Assembly (NCBI GenBank): GCA_045536655.1
Contig: JAZSOA010000012.1
Location: 124,385-188,384 of the forward strand
Direction of reading: 5' to 3'
Source of the DNA: Candidatus Nanosyncoccaceae bacterium
Lineage (GTDB): Bacteria > Patescibacteriota > Saccharimonadia > Saccharimonadales > Saccharimonadaceae
DNA length: 64,000 nucleotides
How positions within the stretch are numbered: position 1 is the stretch's first letter; the number at the start of each line of letters is the position of its first letter. The position numbers were made by a program, and so were the translations under genes. Of the stretch, positions 53,729-62,719 are shown one piece after another. Under the pieces are notes generated by a model. That model was not told the DNA's origin, ran no database searches, and was given only the letters and a program-made list of their open reading frames with translations.

Positions 53729-56700
53729 ATGGAATTCGAAAAGGCTTATAATCACCTTAATGAAAATCAGCGTGCAGCCGTCGATTATATCGATGGACCA
53801 CTTCTTGTAATTGCCGGCCCAGGCACAGGCAAAACCCAGCTTCTTTCCGTCCGCGTCGCGAATATTCTCAAACAGACCGACGCCAATCCAGAAAACATTC
53901 TCTGCCTAACCTTCACCGAAACTGGCGCCAGTAATATGCGTCATCGCCTTGCCGACTTCATTGGCCCAGAAGCCTACAAAGTCCAAATCCAAACCTATCA
54001 CGCCTTCGGATCCTTCATTCTTCAAGAACACCGCCCGGACCTCAACGCCGCCATCGACGATCTCGAGCGTTTCACTCTAATCCGCAAAATTCAGGCTAAC
54101 CTTCCAGCCACAGATATCCTGCGCCCAGATTATTTCACTCAACACATCATCAGCGCTATTAGCGAACTCAAAGCCGCCGCGCTCGCTCCAGAAGACCTGC
54201 GCAAAATCGTCAAGCGCAACGAAATCGACAACGGCCTCATCTATGCCGCCATCAGTGAAAAACTTCAACAAACCAAGGGTCTACGTTATCCAAAATCTAC
54301 CGCCAAATACACCGAAATCCTCGAAGCTTTGCAATCCTTCATCGATCGTGCAGATGCGCAGAAAACCATCCTTGGCAAAGTCGAGCCAGTTGTTAATATT
54401 TACTACCGCGAGCTCGCCGAAGCCCTCCTCACCGAAGAACAGAGCGAAAAGCCGAGCAGCAAACTTCCAGGCAAATGGCGCGAAAAATTCTTCAAGAAAA
54501 ACAAGCAGGGCGAGTATGTTTTTGGCGATGACATTGCCAATAAAAAGCTCCTCAGCCTCGCCAATATCATGGAGCAATACCAAGCCCATCTCGACGCCGA
54601 GGGCCTTTTCGACTACGACGATATGATCCTAAACGCCATCGCTCTTCTCGAGAAAGATGACGAAATTCGTTACAATGCACAGGAACGCTTCCAATACATC
54701 CTCCTCGATGAATTCCAGGATACCAACGACGCTCAGGCTAAACTCGTCAGTCTCCTCACAGACAACCCAAGTAACGAAGGCCGCCCAAATATTATGGCGG
54801 TCGGCGACGACGACCAGGCCATCTATGGCTTCCAGGGCGCCAACACCTCCAATTTCTTCGATTTCGACGCCAAATACCATCCAAAACAAATCTTCCTCAC
54901 CAAGAATTACCGCTCCAGCGAGCCAATCCTTGAATTCGCCCACAGCGTCATTGAACAGGGTGCAGACCGCTTCTGCAAATCTCCAAGCGTCAACATCGAC
55001 AAGCACATCACTGCCGAAAACCCGCCAGAGAAAACCAGCATCGAGCTTCGCGCTTTCAAGGCTTACCAAAGCGAGTATTCTTACATTGCGAGCGAAATTC
55101 ATCGCCTCATGAGCGAAGGTGTGCCGGGTAACAAAATCTCCATCATTGCACCAAAACACAAATACCTCGTTTCGATCCTGCCATATCTCCATGCGATGAA
55201 TATCCCAATTTCTTACACCCGCCGCGATAACATTCTTGAAGATCCCGAAGTCGAAGAAACCATCAACTGCGCCAAACTCGTCAATGCCTTGACTACTGGC
55301 GACACGCGCAAGGCTGACCCATATTGCTTCCGCGCGCTCAGCCTCCCGTACTGGAAAATCAAAAACGGCACCATCGTCACACTTTTGCATGATGCCAGGG
55401 CCAACCGCCAAAGCATCATTGAAACTATCTACGCCAACAAAGACGAAGAGGATGCTGAGAACCAAAATCTCCATGCCTTCGCAGATTTTTACATGGAGCT
55501 CGCCAAGAAAGCCGCAGATTACAGCGCCGAGAATATCCTCGCCCAAATCTGCACCACAATTATCAACGGTCAGGACAATATCGTTCTCTATAGCAAGCTC
55601 AACACCTTGCGCGAGATTATCGGCAAGAAATCCGCCCGCGGTAACCACAAATTTAACATCGCCGATTTCTGCAATTATATCGACGCTTATAATGCCGCCG
55701 AATTACAAATCACCGACAGCTCACCATACAGCGAATCCGACGAAGCGGTTGTTTTGCAGACCGTTCACAGCTCCAAAGGTCTCGAATACGAAGCTGTCTT
55801 CCTGATCGCCGCCGACAATAAAAACTGGTCCGATGCTGGCGGCAACCGCGACCTTATTAAACTTCCGCGCAACCTCGCCTTCGTCCGCCATACCGGCGAT
55901 ACAGCCGACGAGAAGATTCGTGTCTTCTTCGTAGCCATCACGCGCGCCAAGGCCAAGCTTTATCTCACTTACAGCCTTTCGGATTTTGCTGGCCACGAAG
56001 CCGACCGTCTCAAATATCTCGATATTCGCGAAGCTACCGACGAAAAATCCGGCGACAAAATTCACGTCAGCAAAATTATTCCAGAGCCATTCAATACCGA
56101 ATTGCCGGGCGAATCCGAAGATTTGGCTGCCGAAGACTTTGCGCCAAACCGTTGGTTCGATTCATATATTCCAAGCGACGAGGTCAAGAAAAATCTCCTC
56201 AAGCCATACGTCGAGCATTACAAACTCACTCCAACCGGACTCAATACCTTTATTGACCTACGTTACAATGGCCCAGACGCTTTCTTGCGCCGCTATGTCA
56301 TTGGCGAGCCAAGCGAAGCCAACTTTAGCGCCGATTACGGTACGCTCATTCACGATGTTATGGACGAGCTAAATAAAGAACAGCTTTCCAACGAAGACGC
56401 GCTTGAGCGCTTCAAGCAAAAAGCCGCCGAAGCCGATGCTGACGACAAGACCAAGCAAGATCTCCTCGAACGTGGCGAGCACGAGCTTTCGCGCTTCCTA
56501 GCAGAGCGGGGTGATTATCTCCGCAGTGTCAAGGCCGAATCGGAGCGCAATTTCGCAAGTGAGGGAATTGTTTTAGGCGAAGTGCCACTCACGGGTAAAA
56601 TCGACCGCATCGAGATTGACGAAGAAAACAAAACCATTACTGTAGCAGATTACAAAACTGGTACGCCTAAATCTAAGTGGGGAACTTCCGACAGCACCTA

Positions 56701-56986
56701 TACCTACAAGATTCAGCTCTATTTCTACAAATTCCTCATCGAAAACTGCCGCGCCTACCAAAATTACAAAGTCACCAAAGGCCGTATTGATTACATTCCA
56801 GCCGACTCCGACGGCGATATTGTGCCACTCGAGCTCAACTTCAAAGCCGACGAAGAAGAGAAGATGAAGAAGCTTATCCAGGTAGTTTACAAGCACATCA
56901 AGTCTCTAGATTTCCCAGAAACCGCCGAGGCCAACAAGGCCAGCAACCCAACTGTCGCCTTCGTCGAACAACTGCTAAGCGAATAA
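53729..56986 (+). CDS. UvrD/PcrA-type helicase fused to a C-terminal PD-(D/E)xK (RecB/AddB-like) nuclease
   Basis: AGPGTGKTQ Walker A, LLDEFQDTN, VGDDDQAIYGFQGA, TVHSSKGLEY. C-terminal GKIDRIEID...ADYKTG nuclease motif. Confidence 0.9.
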   Translation: MEFEKAYNHLNENQRAAVDYIDGPLLVIAGPGTGKTQLLSVRVANILKQTDANPENILCLTFTETGASNMRHRLADFIGPEAYKVQIQTYHAFGSFILQEHRPDLNAAIDDLERFTLIRKIQANLPATDILRPDYFTQHIISAISELKAAALAPEDLRKIVKRNEIDNGLIYAAISEKLQQTKGLRYPKSTAKYTEILEALQSFIDRADAQKTILGKVEPVVNIYYRELAEALLTEEQSEKPSSKLPGKWREKFFKKNKQGEYVFGDDIANKKLLSLANIMEQYQAHLDAEGLFDYDDMILNAIALLEKDDEIRYNAQERFQYILLDEFQDTNDAQAKLVSLLTDNPSNEGRPNIMAVGDDDQAIYGFQGANTSNFFDFDAKYHPKQIFLTKNYRSSEPILEFAHSVIEQGADRFCKSPSVNIDKHITAENPPEKTSIELRAFKAYQSEYSYIASEIHRLMSEGVPGNKISIIAPKHKYLVSILPYLHAMNIPISYTRRDNILEDPEVEETINCAKLVNALTTGDTRKADPYCFRALSLPYWKIKNGTIVTLLHDARANRQSIIETIYANKDEEDAENQNLHAFADFYMELAKKAADYSAENILAQICTTIINGQDNIVLYSKLNTLREIIGKKSARGNHKFNIADFCNYIDAYNAAELQITDSSPYSESDEAVVLQTVHSSKGLEYEAVFLIAADNKNWSDAGGNRDLIKLPRNLAFVRHTGDTADEKIRVFFVAITRAKAKLYLTYSLSDFAGHEADRLKYLDIREATDEKSGDKIHVSKIIPEPFNTELPGESEDLAAEDFAPNRWFDSYIPSDEVKKNLLKPYVEHYKLTPTGLNTFIDLRYNGPDAFLRRYVIGEPSEANFSADYGTLIHDVMDELNKEQLSNEDALERFKQKAAEADADDKTKQDLLERGEHELSRFLAERGDYLRSVKAESERNFASEGIVLGEVPLTGKIDRIEIDEENKTITVADYKTGTPKSKWGTSDSTYTYKIQLYFYKFLIENCRAYQNYKVTKGRIDYIPADSDGDIVPLELNFKADEEEKMKKLIQVVYKHIKSLDFPETAEANKASNPTVAFVEQLLSE

Positions 56987-57013
56987 AACCATACTATTCT
57001 CACCTCCATATTA

Positions 57014-57042
57014 TTGACAATTTATGCCTCTTGTGCTATAAT
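57014..57042 (+). promoter_or_regulatory. Consensus promoter
   Basis: TTGACA-17 nt-TATAAT with TGc extended -10. Confidence 0.7.
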
Positions 57043-57162
57043 ATATAACATACACTCCCAGGCAATAGTCTGGGCGTAGTTCACTCAGAAAGGAATGATC
57101 CCAATGGACTAATCCCCCCCATTATCTCCAATCTAGTACCTTACAAAGGAGGTGAGTATGTA

Positions 57163-57390
57163 TGCTGTTTCGACAGATGCAACAACTGCGGCAGGCTGAG
57201 ATATCTGCAGAACGGGTTATGTGACGACTGTGCAAGCCACGGCGCCGCAACAACACCCGGTGGCAGTATCTTCGGTCACGGCTGGGGTGACCGGCCGACC
57301 TGCAAGGAGTGCGACGGAACCGGCATGGTTCAGCATTTCTTTGGAGGCCCCACCAAGTGTCCTTACTGCAAGGGTACTGGCAAGCAGTAA
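57163..57390 (+). pseudogene. GC-rich zinc-finger mini-protein frame (4 CxxC motifs, 2 of DnaJ CxxCxGxG type) lacking an in-frame start codon
   Basis: Frame reads CCFDRCNNCG..LCDDCA..TCKECDGTG..KCPYCKGTGKQ*. AAGGAGG SD at 57145-57151. The ATGs at 57158 and 57162 are in the other two frames and stop after 13 and 20 codons. Confidence 0.5.
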
Positions 57391-57424
57391 TCCGATCATC
57401 CATCCACCCATACATCCCACACGG

Positions 57425-57449
57425 GGCCCCGCACAACCGGGGCCTTTTT
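57425..57449 (+). terminator. Intrinsic terminator
   Basis: ggccccg-cacaac-cggggcc followed by ttttt. Confidence 0.75.
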
Positions 57450-57492
57450 CTTGCACAAAAATACCACCGCTTGATTGACGGTGGTTTATTTC

Positions 57493-57588
57493 TTAGCGGC
57501 CATCTTTGTGGCGAGCGTGCTTGCGCTTTTCGCTGTGCTTGTGATTATTGTTGCGATTAAGTAGCGCAACCTTAACTTTCTTTGCCAT
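57493..57588 (-). CDS. Possible 31-aa highly basic mini-protein on a leaderless transcript
   Basis: MAKKVKVALLNRNNNHKHSEKRKHARHKDGR*. TTGCGA-16-TGgTATAGT lies 6 nt before the ATG. A ccaccg/cggtgg terminator (57464-57484) follows. Confidence 0.4.
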   Translation of the reverse strand: MAKKVKVALLNRNNNHKHSEKRKHARHKDGR

Positions 57589-57669
57589 AGATATACTATA
57601 CCATATCTTAAGAATCTCGCAAAACGTAACATTTTTTGACAATTACCAAAAATATATTATAATCACAAG

Positions 57670-57851
57670 CAGAGAGATTTCCACCTCTCTTTACTATATA
57701 GGTCCCGATGGTTCGCGGGTAGCTCATTATGAAAGGGGAGTGAAACCAATGGGCTAAACAATCCTATTTCTGTCACGTTTTGTCAAATGAAAGCATATTG
57801 ATTTCATTTCATCTCATTTTTCCGGGTCGTGCCTTCGCGGCCCGCTTTTTT
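57670..57851 (+). ncRNA. Candidate ~180-nt sRNA or leader
   Basis: TTGACA-16-TATAAT at 57636-57663. Hairpins at 57671-57690 and 57785-57809, and a terminator cgggtcg-N8-cggcccg followed by tttttt (57823-57851). Only a 2-codon ORF inside. Confidence 0.45.
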
Positions 57852-57978
57852 GTGCTAAAATAAATACATCGAGCTATACTTTGGTCCCTGGCTACGATTC
57901 ATAAAATCCGACGCTAAAGATTCCAAAAGAATCGCGTCAAAAATCATTATTAGTTAACGCGAATTGCGAAGGATTTTT

Positions 57979-58266
57979 ATGAATCAAAACTCTTACTCTT
58001 ACAACGAACAACCCCTCCACGAACCCATCGAAGTCGATGCTACTTTTTCGCGCCAGCTTCTCGGTCATTGTCGGCCGATCGCCTTCCGTACCGAATCTGG
58101 CAGAGAAGTACAAATCTCCGAAATCGGCCTCATTCATCCAAAATACGACGGCCTTAAAACCCTTTTCGCTTTCGATGTTACCGATGGCGCCACGGACTAC
58201 CGCCTCACTCTCGACACCGAAAGTCTCAACTGGTATCTAGATTACGAAGGAGATCGCTATGTATAA
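57979..58266 (+). CDS. Small hypothetical protein (95 aa) translationally coupled to dinB; paralog of 25201-25452
   Basis: GAAGGA SD plus ATG 57979 (the track ORF starts at TTG 57964). Its stop overlaps the dinB ATG by 8 nt (ATGTATAA). Confidence 0.65.
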   Translation: MNQNSYSYNEQPLHEPIEVDATFSRQLLGHCRPIAFRTESGREVQISEIGLIHPKYDGLKTLFAFDVTDGATDYRLTLDTESLNWYLDYEGDRYV

Positions 58267-59476
58267 TCTGCCTCTCAAAACCATGTATATTGATCTCAAT
58301 TCCTGCTTCGCCACTATCGAGCAACAAGCTCGCCCCATGCTGCGCGGTCGCCCCGTTGCTGTCACAAATCGCCTCACGCCGAATGCTTGTATTGTTGCCG
58401 CCAGTTATGAGGCTAAAGCGCTCGGCATTAAGGTCGGTATGCGCCGCATGGAGGCCGAAAGAATCTCCAAAGACGTCGTTTTTGTCGAGACCGAGCCAGA
58501 CAAATATATCTTCGTTCACAAAAAGCTCCGCAAAATTATGGAAGATTACGCGCCTGACGTTGTCATGAAGTCCATCGACGAGGGTGTTTTAAATCTCGCG
58601 CTCAGTCCAGAACATATCCAGAATACGCCAAATCCAGAGCTTGTCACCGAAATCAAATCGCGCCTCCGCAACGAGGTTGGCAATTATATGCGCTGCAATA
58701 TCGGCATCTCAAGCAACCGTTTTCTAGCAAAACTTGCCGCCGAGCTCCATAAACCAGACGGCTACGACGAAATTACACCAGAAAACCAGCGCGAGATTTT
58801 TAGTACACTTAAACTTCAAGATCTGCCTGGCATTAATGTTCGTATGGAAGCACGACTAAATGCGGTCGGCATTTACACGCCCCTGCAGTTCCTCGACGCC
58901 GACGAAGAAACTCTGGTTAAAATGGTTTGCAAGAGCATTGACGGCCACAAATGGTATCAAAGATTACGTGGCCTTGAAGTCGACGATTGGGTGAGCGATA
59001 TCAAATCCATCGGCCGCCAATACGTTTTAGAATCTCGTCGACTCATGCACGAGCAAATCGAAGCCCGCGTCATTCATCTTGCCGAGGATGCTGGCATGCG
59101 CCTGCGTAGCAGAGAATTATACGCCCGCGGCATTTACGTTTGGGCTGTAGATTACAATGATATTCCGCTACACAAAAACATTCTCCTGCGCGAGCCGATC
59201 CATACCAACGCAGATATTATCCGCGTTGCGCGTGAGCTATTTAAAGATTTCCCAGCGCCACTGCGCATTGTTGGCGTTACGCTATATAAAATTCAAGATA
59301 AACCCCAAGCCCAGCTCAATCTCGAGCAAGACAAAATTGAACACGATAATCGCCTCTGCCAGGCCACCGATATCATTAACCGGCGCTTCGGCGACCGCAC
59401 GATTTTCTGCGCCGATTCATTCGGAACGGAATTGGTCAAAGTTAAGATTCCATTCGGCTCGACCAGATTCCTGTAG
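58259..59476 (+). CDS. dinB: Y-family DNA polymerase IV
   Basis: MYIDLNSCFATIEQ, SIDEG, LPGINVRMEARL HhH pattern. Confidence 0.9.
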   Translation: MYNLPLKTMYIDLNSCFATIEQQARPMLRGRPVAVTNRLTPNACIVAASYEAKALGIKVGMRRMEAERISKDVVFVETEPDKYIFVHKKLRKIMEDYAPDVVMKSIDEGVLNLALSPEHIQNTPNPELVTEIKSRLRNEVGNYMRCNIGISSNRFLAKLAAELHKPDGYDEITPENQREIFSTLKLQDLPGINVRMEARLNAVGIYTPLQFLDADEETLVKMVCKSIDGHKWYQRLRGLEVDDWVSDIKSIGRQYVLESRRLMHEQIEARVIHLAEDAGMRLRSRELYARGIYVWAVDYNDIPLHKNILLREPIHTNADIIRVARELFKDFPAPLRIVGVTLYKIQDKPQAQLNLEQDKIEHDNRLCQATDIINRRFGDRTIFCADSFGTELVKVKIPFGSTRFL

Positions 59477-59500
59477 TACCTCACATGCTACAATAATCTT

Positions 59501-61939
59501 ATGGAACGCGAAAACCTTACTATTATTGACGGCAAAAGCGTCTTTTATCGCGGCTACTACGCCATGGGCAACCTCTCACTCCCAGACGGCACACCAACTG
59601 GCGGCGTTTATGGCTTCGCCGCAATGCTAATTGAAATCATCGAAAAACTCCAACCAGAATACATCGCCGTGGCATGGGACAAATCCAAAACCAACATCCG
59701 TCGCCGCCGCGAAATCTATCCAGAATACAAGGCTAACCGCAAACCAGCTCCGCCAGATTTTTATGCCCAGATTCCATACCTCATGGAACTCCTTGAGGCC
59801 TTCCATATCCCGCTCTATGAGTTCGACGATTACGAAGCCGATGATATTATCGGCACCCTCGCGCGCAAAGCCCAAGCCACAGGGAAGCGCGTCGAGATTA
59901 TTTCTGGCGACCTAGATATGCTCCAGATTGTTGACGAAAATATCCAGATGTACCAGCTCAAGCGCGGCTTTTCCGACGTCGAAAAATTCGATATCCCAGC
60001 CGTCGAAGCCAAATATGGCCTCCGCAAAGATCAGTTCCTCGACCTCAAGTCTATCAAGGGCGATAGTTCGGATAACATCCCAGGCGTACCAGGCATCGGC
60101 GAAAAGGGCGCTGTCAAACTTTTGCAACAATACGAAACCCTCGAAAACCTCTACGAGCACGTCGACGAAATCTCAGGCGCCACCGGCAAAAAACTCGCCG
60201 AGGGCAAAGATTCCGCCTTCATGAGCAAGCAGCTCGCCAGCATTCAATTCGATGCGCCACTCGAATTCGATCCAAAAGCCAGCGAACTCAGAGATTTCAA
60301 GCCAGAGGCCGTTGTCACTGAGCTCAAAAAGCTCCAATTCAACTCACTGCTGCGCAAATTCGCGAAACTTTTCCCAGATGTCGATCTCAAAGTTACACCT
60401 GAGCCAGATTTCAAGAAAAAGCCTGAGCCAAAAAAGCCAGCCACCCCAGACGCCGTCCCAACCGATATCCTTCCGCCACCAGCAGATATCGAGGTTAAAA
60501 TCCCCGAAAATCTCTACCTCAGCCAGCACGTCAAAGAAGATATGCATGCCGACACTAAACTCGCCGACGAAATCCTCAACGGCCGTCCATATTGGGACCT
60601 CGGCCAGGTAGATTTCCTTTTCAATCCACTCCAGAAAAAGCAGGCCCAGCTCGACCTCATCGAAGACATCGTCACAACCGAAGACTACGTCGAGCAACGC
60701 AAGCAACTCGCTGCCATTCCGAGCCTCGAAAAAATCGCTACAGATTTTGACCTACCACTCATTCCAGTCCTATACAGAATGGAAGAAGCTGGCCTCAAAA
60801 TCGACCCAGATCGTTTCGAAGCCCTTCGCGTCGAGTTCGGCGCCGAAGAGAAGCAAATTAGCCAAGAAATCTACGAGATGGTCGGCCATAGCTTCAATAT
60901 CAACTCACCACTCCAGCTTTCGCAGGTACTTTTTGACGAACTCGGCCTTCCAACTAAAGGAATCAAGAAAACTCAACGTGCCTACTCGACCGGCCAGAAA
61001 GAGCTAGATAAGCTCCGCGACCTTCATCCAATTATTGGCAAAATCGAGCGCCTCCGCGAGGTTAGCAAACTTCTCAGTACCTATATCACGCCACTGCCAG
61101 CCCTCGCCGATAAAAACCAGCGCATTCATAGCACTTTTACGCAAGACGTCACCGCCACTGGTCGCCTTTCCAGCCTCAACCCAAACCTTCAGAATATTCC
61201 AGTTCGTAGCGAAGACGGCAAGCGTATTCGCTACTGCTTCGTACCAGAGAAGGGCAAAACTTTCGTTGCGGCAGATTACGCTCAGTTCGAGCTTCGTCTT
61301 GCCGCTGAGCTTGCCGGCGACAACAATCTTATCAAAGATTTTAACTCCGGATTAGACATTCATATTAAGACCGCCAGCGACGCCTACGGCGTGCCAATGG
61401 ACCAGGTCACCAAAGAACAGCGCCGCGCCGCCAAGGTCATCAACTTCGGCATCATCTACGGCATGAGCGCCAAAAGCCTCGCCGATGGCACCGGCATGAC
61501 CTTCTACCAGGCCAAAGATTTCATCGAAAAATACATGGAAATCCGCGCGCCGATCGCAGACTATCTTAAAGCCCAGCTCGAGCACGGTCGCAAATTCGGT
61601 TACGTCGAAACCTTCTTTGGTCGCCGCCGCCCAACCCCAGATCTTAATGCGCCAAACTTCCTGATTCGTGCCGCCGCCGAACGCGCTGCAGCCAATATGC
61701 CAATCCAGGGCACTGAAGCCGACCTTATGAAGCGCGCTATGCTAGAAGTCGACAAAGCCCTGCCAGAGGGCGCCAAGCTCGTCCTTCAGATTCACGACTC
61801 CCTTATGGTAGAATGCGACAAAGCTCAGGCCGAAGAAGTTGCACAAATCTTACAAGAAAAAATGGAAAACGTCGCGCCAGATTTCAAGGTAAAGCTGGCC
61901 GTCGACGTCAAAACCGCCAATAACTGGGGAGAACTATAA
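59501..61939 (+). CDS. polA: DNA polymerase I (5' nuclease plus polymerase domains, short central region)
   Basis: 5'-3' exonuclease motifs (YKANR, DLDMLQ, GVPGIGEKGA) and Pol A motifs (DYAQFELRLAA, RRAAKVINFGIIYG, QIHDSLM). TGcTACAAT lies 6 nt before the ATG. Confidence 0.95.
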   Translation: MERENLTIIDGKSVFYRGYYAMGNLSLPDGTPTGGVYGFAAMLIEIIEKLQPEYIAVAWDKSKTNIRRRREIYPEYKANRKPAPPDFYAQIPYLMELLEAFHIPLYEFDDYEADDIIGTLARKAQATGKRVEIISGDLDMLQIVDENIQMYQLKRGFSDVEKFDIPAVEAKYGLRKDQFLDLKSIKGDSSDNIPGVPGIGEKGAVKLLQQYETLENLYEHVDEISGATGKKLAEGKDSAFMSKQLASIQFDAPLEFDPKASELRDFKPEAVVTELKKLQFNSLLRKFAKLFPDVDLKVTPEPDFKKKPEPKKPATPDAVPTDILPPPADIEVKIPENLYLSQHVKEDMHADTKLADEILNGRPYWDLGQVDFLFNPLQKKQAQLDLIEDIVTTEDYVEQRKQLAAIPSLEKIATDFDLPLIPVLYRMEEAGLKIDPDRFEALRVEFGAEEKQISQEIYEMVGHSFNINSPLQLSQVLFDELGLPTKGIKKTQRAYSTGQKELDKLRDLHPIIGKIERLREVSKLLSTYITPLPALADKNQRIHSTFTQDVTATGRLSSLNPNLQNIPVRSEDGKRIRYCFVPEKGKTFVAADYAQFELRLAAELAGDNNLIKDFNSGLDIHIKTASDAYGVPMDQVTKEQRRAAKVINFGIIYGMSAKSLADGTGMTFYQAKDFIEKYMEIRAPIADYLKAQLEHGRKFGYVETFFGRRRPTPDLNAPNFLIRAAAERAAANMPIQGTEADLMKRAMLEVDKALPEGAKLVLQIHDSLMVECDKAQAEEVAQILQEKMENVAPDFKVKLAVDVKTANNWGEL

Positions 61940-61942
61940 TCA

Positions 61943-62620
61943 ATGAAATATCTATTCTTAGCCGCAATCGCACCGATAGTATTTTTGCTATCTTACATCC
62001 ACAAAAAAGATCCACATCCAGAGACGAAGAAGCTTCTGAAAAAGATCTTCATCTTTGGCTGTCTATCCACGATCCCTGTCATGTTTGCCGAAGGCGCATA
62101 CTCCGCAATGTTTGGCGAGGCCGAAACCTTTATGGGTGTCTTCATAGGTATCGCCTTGGCCGAGGAATTCTTCAAGTGGATCGTTATATATATTCTTTGT
62201 TACCGTAACCAGGAATTCGACGAAAGCTACGACGCAGTCGTTTACTCAGCATTCTCATCGCTCGGCTTCGCCTGTATCGAAAATATTCTCTACGTTGTCT
62301 TTATGGGCGGAATCGGCGTCGGTATTTTACGCGCCCTCACCGCAGTGCCTGGGCACCTTTGCAATAGTATTATTATGGGTTATTTTATTGGCCAAGCTCG
62401 CGCTGCCAAAGCCAAAGGGAAGAGCGCTTTTCCACTCCTATTCTGCAGTTTACTTTTGCCAACCCTCGTCCACTGCATCTATGATTACCTCCTAGGTATT
62501 GGCGAAATCTTTCTCTGGATACCGTATTTTATCGCTATCGTCGTGGTTTGCATCCTTACCGTGCGGCATGCCGCAAAGAATAATACCTTATTTCCAGATA
62601 GTACCCCGCAATTAAATTAG
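61943..62620 (+). CDS. PrsW-family intramembrane protease
   Basis: Multi-TM with an ALAEEFFKW motif and a later H...N region. Confidence 0.75.
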   Translation: MKYLFLAAIAPIVFLLSYIHKKDPHPETKKLLKKIFIFGCLSTIPVMFAEGAYSAMFGEAETFMGVFIGIALAEEFFKWIVIYILCYRNQEFDESYDAVVYSAFSSLGFACIENILYVVFMGGIGVGILRALTAVPGHLCNSIIMGYFIGQARAAKAKGKSAFPLLFCSLLLPTLVHCIYDYLLGIGEIFLWIPYFIAIVVVCILTVRHAAKNNTLFPDSTPQLN

Positions 62621-62630
62621 CAATGAAAAG

Positions 62631-62660
62631 CCCCCGCACTTTCGTGCGGGGGTGTTTCTT
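62631..62660. terminator. Intrinsic terminator
   Basis: cccccgcac-tttc-gtgcggggg followed by tgtttctt. Confidence 0.7.
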
Positions 62661-62719
62661 ACTTCCGATTATTGCGCCTTACTCCACGCATCGGTCGTTT
62701 CGGAGGTGTTACATCCGGC

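Noticed and set aside
54629-55648. 339-aa minus-strand ORF inside the helicase gene, and similar long antisense ORFs at 3374-4162, 46845-47375 and 12639-13241
   Set aside because: They lie entirely within genes that carry unambiguous conserved motifs on the other strand or frame, and they have no expression signals.
57703-57720. Fluoride (crcB) riboswitch-like GAUGGUUCGC segment
   Set aside because: The second half of the consensus (..CUGAUGAUGCCUAC) is missing, and the downstream genes are not fluoride-related.
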